Assembly: GCA_032718475.1 (NCBI GenBank)
Contig: JAUCBJ010003982.1
Coordinates: forward strand, 1 to 51,032
DNA from: Nemertoderma westbladi
Taxonomy: Eukaryota; Animalia; Xenacoelomorpha
Direction: 5' to 3'
Length of the DNA stretch: 51,032 nt
The position numbers and the translations under genes were made by a program. Shown here piece after piece: positions 12,242 to 22,890 of the stretch (positions are counted from its first letter, which is position 1; each line of letters begins with the position of its first letter). A model generated the notes under the pieces. That model was not told the DNA's origin and did not search any database. It saw only the letters and a list, made by a program, of their open reading frames with translations.

Positions 12242-13420
12242 TTACGTTGAGGAGTCCCTAGATGTTTGTTGGATTAGGGAGGTGGTCGTGGGAAGAGTAT
12301 CTTGCCTTCCATAGTTTCCGGATAGCTCTCTGTCTCTTTCCAGTAAACATGGGCGATTGGGTTGTTGTGTTTCGAATACAATTCCAGGTTTCTTAAAGTT
12401 ACGTCGCATGACGACGAGTTCTACCGATCGCACTAAACCATCATCGGATATATGAGTCTCGATGATACGACCTGTCTGCCACCGCTTATGTGGAAGATCT
12501 GATTCCACAATAAGGACCATGTCTCCGGCGCTGACGTTTTCTTGCTGCGCAAACCACTTAGTTCGAAGTTGTAGCGTAGGCAGATAATGTTTTTCAAAAT
12601 GGTCAGCGTAACGACGGGATAACAACTGCATAAGTTGCCAAGTTTGCCGGCAGTATTTGTCTCCGTCCGTGATTTCCGATCGTGGGAGCATGGCTACAGG
12701 TTTCCTCAGTAGGAAGTGCGCGGGTGTTAGCGCTTCCAGGGAATCAGGACTCGATGAGACTGGCATAAGCGGTCTCTCGTTGAGATAGGCGGCGATTTCC
12801 TCCATTAACGTCCGCAAAAGTTCGTCGGTAAGATACGCGCGGCACGGCACTATAAAGTGAAATGCGGTCTTCACGCTCCTGATTAATCTCTCCCAACTTC
12901 CTCCCCACCAAGGGGCGTCGGCGGCGTTGAAGGTCCAGCTAGACGTGTTACCCTTAGCAGATCGTCCACCTGTCTTTGGTTCCAATCTTTGACGTAAGCC
13001 TTGATTTCATTGTTGGCACCAATGAAGTTCGTTCCCTTATCAGATCTCATTGTGTTACTAGTTCCAAAGCGAGCGATCTGTCGGCGTAAGCTCAATATGA
13101 AGCTATTGGTAGATAAATCGTTCACCATATCGAGATGGATAGCTCTGCAAGTCATACAGACAAAGATGACACACCATCTCTTGACTATAGTCCTAGCACG
13201 ATATACTTCAATAGGGCCAAATAAATCCACACCGGTATTAGTAAAGGGTGGTTCATAGAAGCTTACTCGTTCCCAAGGTAATTCTGCCTCTCGCTGTGTT
13301 AAAGGCCTACTGAATGCTTTCCTACAGGGTATGCAGTTCCTAAGAACTTGGTTCAGAGCTCTACGGGGTTTATGAATATAAGGAGTGGACAACGCACCCA
13401 CATAGTAATCTGTAGCTACT
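12242..13420 (-). pseudogene. BEL/Pao integrase (frameshifted)
   Basis: CIPCRK zinc finger half, PFTNTGVDLFGP, CMTCRAIHLDMV, SDKGTNF, then a frameshift near 12950-12985 to APWWGGSWERLIRSVK, LNERPL, LTPAHFL and YLPTLQLRTKW..GDMVLI..W..GRI (DUF5641-like). Confidence 0.92.
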
Positions 13421-13472
13421 GTGGATTTCCAAACCTGCATAATTCCTGAAAGGTTCAACTTAGTTCGGAACT

Positions 13473-16400
13473 TCAAAGTTCAAGAAGAAGTTCAAAGATG
13501 TCTTCGGCTAGTTCTTTGTCGATGAATGTACCTGTGCTGCCGGAGTTAAGGAGGGCGTTTACTATCAAGCTTTTCCCTAGTCCTTGGACTCTCAGCTGCA
13601 CTACAGGGAATTCCCGGATTCCGACGTTGGAAGTCGGCGCTTTCCAAGATGGTTGCCGGTCCGGAATAGTCAGTCGAGGATCTTCATCGCTTGTTTCAGT
13701 CTTATACGTAAGTGCTCGATACACTGCGGTGTTTATCATATAACAGGATTCGTTTTCGTCGGAGAATTCGTCCGTGTAGAATCCTTCCATCTCAGAGCTG
13801 TGGTCAGTGTCGTTCACATCACTGAATTGGACATGTAGTTCGGGCTCACTTACCTGACTCGTGCGGGTTTTGTCAAATTCTGTGTGCAGCAAGATATGAT
13901 GTTTCGCGCCGCACTTAGCACACCTAGCATCGGAGTAACAGGTCCGCCGTTGGTGTCCTTGTCTGAGACAATTATAACACAACCGCTTATCCAACATGAC
14001 ATCACGTCTATCCTTTAGGGATTTCTTCAAGAATGCATCACATTCACTCAAGCGATGGGGCCCTTCGCACAATGCACATTGCACATTTGGGTTTGATGTT
14101 ACTTACTTTAACCTGTGTGGTGTTGTGCACACTTGTTCTTTCCTCGGGTTTTCTTCCATGAATTCTCTTAGGAGACGTTGGAGGAGTTGTTACCTGCTCT
14201 CTCCTGTCACTGGTTCGAGACTTAGATTTACTTACGTCTTTCCTAGTTTTATTGACATAATAAGATCTTTTGGTGTCCTTACCGCTGTTCTCGTCATATG
14301 ACGTTGTCTGACTCCCACAATCCGTATAAAACACTGGTGTTACCTCTCTCCTAGTAACGGGTTTTTCACTTGCCTTACCTTCCGGAGTCTTCTCTCTAGA
14401 CTGTTTTAGGAGTTGTAATCTTACCTCTCTGTTCATGAATGACAGAAGGTCCGTCATGGTTGGATCTCTATGTTGTTGGTCCATCAAATAGAGAACCTTT
14501 TTGTCCCAGCGAGTACCTACTCCACCCTTTGGCAAAGTTGATGCTAAGGCTCCTACAACCATAGAATTCTGGTATTCATGAGACTTACCCAACCAGTCTA
14601 ACTGTCTACAGATCTCCTGAATCTCGTCGGAAAACTCTATAATCCCGCTGCTAAGAAACTTTCGGGGCGCTACTAATTTCGCATACAAATACCTAGCTAT
14701 GTTAGTCCTATTACCATACCTGATGTTTAGTGTATCCCAAACTTGTCTTAATCCATCTGGATGTCCAATAAACTTTAACGCCATTAACTTGGGAGGTCAT
14801 TCCAAGCACTCGATGAGGAATCTAAGTTTCTCTCCGTTACATAGTACAGAGTTCTGTATGTTATCTTTATAATATTCATTAAAAGGTAATCATTTCATCT
14901 CATCTCCATTGAACTTAACGACCTCTCCCACCTTTACCGCTTGACGGGCTTCGGTTCTAGCCATTTGATGCGTAAAACTTTCTTGGGCCATCGTATTATT
15001 TAATATTGAGTTATCGGTATAGAAATTTCTCGGATTATGATCAGATCTGTATGGGATATCATTGTCAACGGGTTTATAATTACCCTTAATAGGGTTTACT
15101 ATAGGAGTTTCTACTTCACTAGCAGTATAGATGCGTGTAGGCTCCACACCTTGCGCATGAAATACTTCAGGCCTAACAGGTTGACACATTGTTACAGGGG
15201 GTGGTGGTATACCCATTTGTATATTTACTAATTTATCGCGCTCTAAAGCGATACTCTGCTGCACTTCTTGCAACTCTAACCTACTCTCTCTTACTGTTCT
15301 CTTTAACTGCTGAACAGTCCCTTCCAACTCTCGGACCTGCTGGGAAGAACGTTTTTGATGTTCTTCTAGCTGCCCGAGCAGGCGATCCATCCCCCGCCGT
15401 CCCTCGTCTACCCACTCAACCGCCGAAGCAGGAGCCGCCAACATAGTAGCGGGTTGACGCGTAGGGACGACGGGCGACAAGTCATTTATGTCTTGCTCGG
15501 TGTCCAGGACCGGGAGTGATTCAGGGGCTAGTCTACTGGGCACAGGTAGTTTAGTACTGTGTAAAGGGAATTTAGAGTTAGGTTCTGGAAGTACAGGGGT
15601 CTCTATCACTGGAGTGACTTCAATGACAGGCCTAATTATTTCGGGTTCATCTACTATAGTAGGGAGTCTGTCTACTCTAATAATTTGGTCTGTGGGTTCA
15701 GGATTACCTAAGTCTACACTAGCCAGTTGCCTTCTCACCGCAGGAGGTAAATTAGGTAACTTCTGACGGTGTGGCGTTCTTCTACGTCCGCTTGAACGAG
15801 ATTCATTACCTCTACCTTCGGGATCTGTTGTATCACCTTCATTGGAGGAGGTAAATCCCTGTCTTCTGGGAGTAGATCGACTCAGTAACTGCATCTGAGT
15901 AGCTGTCCTTTGTTTCTTCAAGTAATCTTGTTTCGTCTGAAGGTTCTCCAGCTCTAGTTGGGTAGTCGCTTCAGACGCCTTCCGTTCTGCTTCTACCACT
16001 GCTTCTGCCACTTTTCTTTCAACTTCTACCGCTGCCGCTGCCGCTGCCTTTCTGTCTTCTATCTGTTTTTTCTTTAGTTGTTCTTCCTGTTCCATAGCGT
16101 TGAGGATGCTTTCATGAAATTTAGCCTGCTCAGCGGCTAATATTTCCGCATCTGACGAGTCCAACACAAATTTGGCTCCCTCACTATTAGGATGAAGTCC
16201 AGCTAGCCATCTCCTTAGCTCTTTGTCACCTATAAATCGTTGATAGTCCGACAGATAGATGTCAATAGCATCCTTCTTCTGAGGTTTCTCGGATGTAGCT
16301 TCGCCTTCCACCTGAGAAAAGGTAGCGTCTGTTGATTCTCCTTGAGTCATGCGCTCGGTTAGCTGAGCTTTCCATTGTGTCGTTCCCTGGACTTTAAGAC

Positions 16401-16888
16401 TCACCCGTTGGAACCAAGTCTTTATGGCCACTTGCAACAACGTGTCTTGGCTTCTCTTCGAAGCTTCCTCAAAGGCTGAAAGAATTAATCTGATCCGTAA
16501 AATTCGTTCACGCACTTGATAAAGCAGCTCTCCCTGCTCTTGAGGTCCTTGGCGCTGTTGAAATAGGTGTTCCTCTAATCGCTCCAAAGAGCTGAAGAAT
16601 CCCTGGACATATCCTGCTGCCGACCTCTTCCACACAGCTGGATCTCGAGTGTCCCTTACTACTCCCATCCTGTATAAGTCCTCCCAGGCAGCTTCCGATA
16701 AGTTAAACGGGAGTCCGGGTCCGGGGAAGTTCCATTGCATCTCAACAATAGACCTCAGTTCCTCCATCGTGTATCCCGCATAGCTGTCCCTTAGCCCTTT
16801 GCGGACACGCAAATGATCCTCCCGTGGGCCCAAGAACGCGGCTTTTTCCGCGTCATTTACGAACGCGTAGGAAACGGAATGCGCAGTA
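13473..16888 (-). pseudogene. BEL/Pao gag plus protease remnant (stops and frameshift)
   Basis: ORFs 14890-16833 and 14044-14784 are in one frame, split by two TGA codons, and contain KFNGD..EKLRFL..WDTLNIRYGN (DUF1759-like). ORF 13473-14084 has CALCEGPHRLSEC, CYNCLRQGHQRRTC and CAKCGAKHH knuckles plus NALLNSGST (protease DSG mutated to NSG). The frame stays open up to the foldback junction at 16888. Confidence 0.88.
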
Positions 16889-18295
16889 GGGCGGTGCGTT
16901 TTTTACTTTTTTTCGATTTCATTGTTCTACCGGTGCACAAAAGTTCCCAAATGGTAAAAAAATAAGGCAAAAAAAATTTCTTTAAATTTTGTCTATATCG
17001 GATCCCAAGAGGGTTGAAATTTTGAGCCAACGCGATGCACCATAATTAAATTTATAGCAATGAAACACATTAATGAAAGATCAATGAAAGAACATTTTGC
17101 ATGCATTAAATGTCATCAAATGGGTCCAAACTTAGTTAGATACCAAAATTTTAATTTTTGGATCAAGGGAACTAGTGCCAGAAGCACATGGACAGAACAT
17201 ACCACTTGGTACAAGTGATGATAATTCTAAATTTTCGCGATGGCCAACTTTAAGTTCTCCTACTGCATTAATATTATGCTCATTAGAACCGCGATTACCG
17301 ATTTAGTGGGGGTACACACCTTCAAAACAAACGTAGAGCGAATAGTTCTTGAAATATCGCTGAAAATGTGAAGTCCGGCACAAGTCTACATTAGCGCCTT
17401 GATGCGATATGGACAAATCCTCAAAAAATTGTATTTTTTGAATTATCTCAAGGAATCAAGAATAGACACATCACAGAAAATGATCAATGTAGTGGGTGTA
17501 GACTCCTTCAAAATAAGAGTAGAGTCAGTAGTTCTTGAGCTATTTTACAAAATGTCAAGACTATTTCCACCAATTTATTGATACTTGATATTGAGATTGA
17601 GTTGACCCATTCCACACATTTCGTACAAAAACTATAGTGAACTAATCACTACTCTTTCATTTTGAAGGTGTCTGTATACACTAAATCAATTTGTTGCGTG
17701 ATGTGTATATTTTTGATGCCTTAAGGTAATTCAAAGTATCATTGTTAGTGTATTTGCCCATATCGCTTCAAGGTGGTACTGTAATGTAGACTTGTGTCGG
17801 ACTTCACATTTTCTGCGTTATCTCAAGAATTATTCGCTCTACGTTTGTTTTGAAGGTGTCTACCCCCACTAAATCGTTCATTGTGGTTCAAATGAGCATA
17901 CTATTAATGCAGTAGGAGTACTAATAGTTGGCCATCGCAAAAATTGAGAATACTCGTCACTTGCGCCAAAGGGTAGGTTCTGGCCATGTGCCTGTGGCAC
18001 TAGTTCCCTTGATCCAAAAACAAAATTTTGGTTTCTAACTAAGTTTGGACCCATTTGATGACATTTGATGCATGCAGGAAGTTATTTCTTGAGTTATTGA
18101 TCTTTCATCAATGTGTTATATTGTTATAAATGTCATTGTGGTGCATCGCGAAGGCTTAAAATTTCAACCCTCTTGGGATCCGTCAAGATATCGATGAAAT
18201 TTAGAGAATTTTTTTGCCTTATTTTTTTACCATTTGGCAACTTTTGTGCACCGGTAGAACAATGAAATCGAAAAATAGTAAAAAACGCACCGCCC
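16889..18295. mobile_element. Non-coding foldback / long-TIR DNA element (1407 bp, arms about 650 bp, spacer under 100 bp)
   Basis: The left end GGGCGGTGCGTTTTTTACT..CGATTTCATTGTTCTACCGGTGCACAAAAGTT is the reverse complement of the right end ..AACTTTTGTGCACCGGTAGAACAATGAAATCG..AAAAAACGCACCGCCC. Complementarity continues inward to about 17545/17630. No transposase and no TSD are visible. Confidence 0.92.
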
Positions 18296-20027
18296 GAGCG
18301 TAGAGCTGAACGTACCGACATCGGGCACATTTCATTCCATGAACTCGGCTGGGATTTCAAGGAAGGTCGGTATAACCGTTATTTAAATCTGTACGGTGAT
18401 AATTATTCCCATTACTACTTCAATGGTCCTTTGACCGCCCCCGGTGCTGTTTATTCTAACATTATTGTCCCCCTTTGGCCTTCTCTCACAGTTTATATGA
18501 TTTACGAGAACTCTGCTGTGTCAGGTTGGTTGGCCGATACTTGTAGTAGGACTCCGAGGCCTCACCCCTTACTTCTCGGCACCAAGCTTGCCAACGTTAA
18601 TCGTGAAGGGAAATTCCAAAGTTTCGAATGTTTTCGAAGGTTTTTATTCCTCTTCTTCGGCATCGACAGCCAGTTCCGTGACCCTGCTCTGAAGAGACAG
18701 GTAATTAAGCGTTTCTCTGCCTTTGAGGACCTAAACCGAAAGGGTTTCGCCATATTCAAGTATGTGTGCGTCAAAACCCTACATTCCACTATTCTAGAAC
18801 GCCCCATCCTCAAGTCTGGGTATTCGGTTTCGATTGACCAAACTTCGGACAAGCAGTTAGCTTCCTATTTAAATGACTCTGCGGTAGACAACGTTTTAGA
18901 ATCCAAATCCGTCCATCCCACCTCTGAGTTAGACGATGACGGTGAGTTTATTATACTGTGGCACCTTGGACCACAGCCATTAACGAGATTCGCCTTTCAT
19001 TCGGCCGTATCACAAGGACGGAAGCGCTGCATCCAATGTGGCTCCCATGCGCATAAAGCGCCACTTACCAGTGAGATTTGCCAAACGTATTCACAATGTT
19101 CCGACCTACCCCTGCATTGTCCGTATTGTAGATTGTTTAATGACCACACATTCTTTAACTGTCCGCAACTCTCGGAACAGTGTGATAAATGTCTACTAAA
19201 GGGACATTATCCGGGCTCCTGCCCCTTTGACTTAACACAACGGGACGATGAAACATCCCTCCTAAAGTATATTAAATTGTGGGAACATTCCGCTAATTTA
19301 TACAAAGTCACGCACCTCCGTTATGAGTTCACCCACTCATATTGCGGAGTCTTTGCCTTCAATCCCTACGCCTTTGCTATTGAAGTGCAATGATCCCACC
19401 TTCCTGATTACCAATTACCATTAACAGTCTCGGAACTCACCAACGTTCAATACGTGCGCACGTTCCTTCGCCGCATGAACCCCGGTGATGTCAACGACTT
19501 ACAACCTTATCGAATTTATTCGGAAAGACTCCAATCTTGGTTACGAGTTCGTCGCCACCAATCCTGAGTTGTTACAAACTTCGGATCGAGTTGCGTACCT
19601 CCGTCATACCGCGCGTCTTGCGGAAGAGACAGTCAAGCCTCTAAGGTATGTTTCGGATAGAGGAGGTGTTACGATTTCATCACAAACCCTTAAAGGACCG
19701 GTCACTGCCGTCATCCTCAAGAAAGCGGTACAATCCACATTAACCTCTTCCTCTAGATCTTCACCAGCCAAAGTACTCCGAAAGGGTGTGAAGTTATTAT
19801 GTTATTATGTTCCAGCGGCAACTACAGTTATCGAACCTTAACCGGGAACATCCACTGGTGGACCAACCATGCGTACAGTCGCGCCCCCTTCAGACTCATT
19901 GGAAATTCATCCTTCTGCCGCTAAGGGGCTGCAGGTGCGAGGTTCCCCGTCTTCGTCGCCAAACAACGGTTCCCCACCGATGAAGCGTCGCAAGCGACCA
20001 TCCAAAAAGAAAAAGACCCGAAAATAA
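18296..20027 (+). pseudogene. Disrupted, 5'-truncated accessory ORF B: Cys/His zinc-knuckle protein homologous to ORF A
   Basis: The frame is open from the foldback junction (ERRAERTDIGH..) through 19393. It contains CIQCGSHAH..C, CPYCRLFNDHTFFNC and CDKCLLKGHYPGSC. It continues past a TGA (19391), a frameshift near 19490 and a TAA (19839) to the basic tail MKRRKRPSKKKKTRK, with a stop at 20025-20027. Confidence 0.72.
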
Positions 20028-21849
20028 ACATTAATTTTACTGGTTACTTTATATTACACCTATTTTACTTTCTATGACTCATATCTGTACTTTATATTAT
20101 ATGTAAAATAAGTAAACGGTGTCCCCAATAATCCTAATAATATTAAGTAATATTAATTATTCCCATTGAATTATTTTCTAGTAAGGGTTTTTATGCCATC
20201 TAGTGCCATTATACCCACATTCGAATTGATAAGATGCCTCAATGAGATTCGTGACGTCTTATTGGCCCATATTATTGCCTTGAGTAAACCTGAGCGCATT
20301 AACATTTTGCAGAGGAGTTATACCTCCAATGCAGGGCCTTTAGATACTGCTCACATTACTGATGACCAGTGTTTATTACATGCCTTTATGCCTTAATGTT
20401 TTATATCTTTATTGTTAAATGCCTTGGTCGTTAATGTCTATGTCTTGGTGACATTATAATATTATTAATTGATATTCTGTCGTTAAACTCAATTTACTCT
20501 CTCTTTGTTTGTTTAATATATCACCGATATTACGAAATCAAGAAAGTTTTACACGCGCCACAACAGGTGGGTCACTACAATTAAGTATTAGTGATAATCT
20601 GGACAATTGTATTAGATTCGTGTGTTTGTCATACCTCTGATTTACTAAATAATTAATATATGGCGATATCTCAGTAGACCATTATTATAAGCAAAGCCCT
20701 TATTATTAGTTATATCACGATTGAGAGTTGTCATGAATTGATTACGGTAGAAATATCAATATAATTAGACATAAAGACAAGTCATAATACGTTTCCCCTA
20801 AAGGGAAACACAAACACTGGACTTGAGTCCTTACATAATTAATTAGTCAGTCATTTACTTATTATACTGTGTTGTCACACCCTCCCGGTATCATATCTCA
20901 GTTAAATACAATAGACAATCAAATACCGTATCAAACTAAATAATTATAAAGCAAATCAATACATGAGAAGGAAACAAAGGGGAACTAATCGATACAGTGA
21001 GCGGCCCTCGTTGACAGGTACACTAGCGCAACTCCGTTCATTGTATCAGACCAGTAATTATAAGCCCACAGTTCATGGAACCTCTGCGTAATTGCAAAAG
21101 AGTCAAAATATATGAAATTGAGATTGAAAGAACATATTTTACTAAAAGCGCTAACACTGTCAGCTCAGCAGCTGTCAGACAGTCAGAGTAGTTTACCCAT
21201 CTGCCCATTACCGTTTCAAGTGTTTATAAGGCTGTAAGGTACAAGCAGACAGGCAGACAGGCAATACTGCAATATGCAGATATGCAATACCGGTACTGGA
21301 GTCTTAGGTCTAGCAGTAGGCCTACTGCCAGACTGAAGTCTGGCAGTGCTGCAATGCAGCAATTTAAGATATTCAGATATTCATGCCTTGCAGCCTTGGT
21401 ACGGTACCGCGGTACCGGCTACTGCTGTACTGGTACTCAGGAACTGTCTTTCATTTTTTCCTGTTGCTGTTACCTTCTGCTTTCTGGTTACCGGTCAGCC
21501 GGTCAGTAAAATAAAGTAGGCATACTGTTACATACCGGTACACATAGTTCCGAGTTAAGTAGCCTGCCGTGCCGTACCGGTACTGAAGTAGTAGGCCTAC
21601 CGTACTTAGCATTATTTCTGTATTTAGTACAGTATTTAGCATATTTACGTTTTGTGGACGTGGAGCATCCCATCAAGTGAACAGGTGGAGCCGTCTGGCT
21701 GTGGTTGACAGGTTGATGTTTTGGCAACTGCAGAACTGGCATCTAGATGAGTTTTCATAAAGATAAACACTTGAAATTTATACGGTATCGCTAAATAAAC
21801 AACTCAAACTCCATAAATCTGAAGTCGGTTAGTCTATCAGTCTATAAAA

Positions 21850-22887
21850 ATGGACAAAGATAAAAAGAAAGATAAAAAATCCGGCGGTATATTTCACTTT
21901 TCGTCGAAGAAAGACCCGAAACTAACGTTACGAGACGTTGGTGACCCTCAGCCGATAGGCGATGCGGTCGTCCCTGACAACGGATTCGTTGTGGTCGGAG
22001 GGGCCGAAACGCTAAGCGAAACCGACGTTCTCGAGAAATTCGAGAAAATGTTGGAAGACATGAATCTAAGCGAGGAGAAAAAGAAACCCCTGCGAGAAAA
22101 ACCGTTCGCGCACAAGAAACAGATGGTGGATCAGCACACTAAGAGATACCACCCGATCGGTTCGAAATCAACCGAAACCACCCCGGAGGAGTACATCCAC
22201 GGGATAAAGAACCCGGCGGAATGCAAACTCAAAGTTCTAGAATCCCTTAGAATCTCCTTAGCGAACAACCCGGTCTCCTGGGTTAAGGAGTTTGGGGAGG
22301 ATAAAGGGTTAGACTATCTGTTAGACAACCTCGTCTGGGACCTAAGAGACGTGGCGAAGACCCACGAATGCGTCCGCTGTCTGAAGGCCTTTATGAACAC
22401 TAAATACGGTATGACGGCTATGATGGAGAGGGACGATGGGTTCACTAAGTTGGCTTATTGTATCTCCGTTAGGGACACTGAAGGCGGCGTTAGGGACCGT
22501 TACGAAGTTATCATACAGGACGTCTTTAACCTGATGGCCCCCGCCTGTTTCTTCCCTCCCAAAGGCCACCAACGAGTTCTCGAAGCGTTCACCGTAATCG
22601 CGGAGGTGCGCACCGACGATCTAGAGGAACAGAAGCGATTCTACCCGCTGTTTAAGATTCTGGAAACGGCAATTAAGTACCAAAACAATAAACCGCAGGA
22701 CCAGCTGGCCCCCCGGATGGAGCTCGTAGTGGCGGCCATGTCGCTGACCAACGCGTTGATATCGAACGCGGATGATTTCGACTTCCGGGTTCATCTGAGG
22801 AACGAATTCGTTCGTCTCGGGTTCCGTAACGACCTTGTCGACGGTCTCGATAAGATGGAGGGGGAAAATCTAAAGATACAGATGAAG
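21850..22887 (+). CDS. dia: Diaphanous-related formin, coding exon 1 (GTPase-binding and FH3/DID region)
   Basis: AAAAATGG start context; FEKMLEDMNL, LESLRISLANNPVSWV, CLKAFMN and DFDFRVHLRNEF motifs; phase-0 donor AAG|GTTAGT at 22887/22888. Confidence 0.93.
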
Positions 22888-22890
22888 GTT

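Larger units (their letters stand above)
7689..16888 (-). mobile_element. Degenerate BEL/Pao LTR retrotransposon, internally deleted (no RT/RNase H) and 5'-truncated
   Basis: Order on the - strand: Gag with DUF1759-like motif, three zinc knuckles, aspartic protease remnant, integrase with DUF5641-like tail. Including 7689-12241 in the element is an inference. Confidence 0.8.

Noticed and set aside
20120-21020. Possible 3' LTR after ORF B (AAACGG|TGTCCCC at 20120)
   Set aside because: Weak purine tract, no identifiable end, and no similarity to 6990-7688 that I can see.
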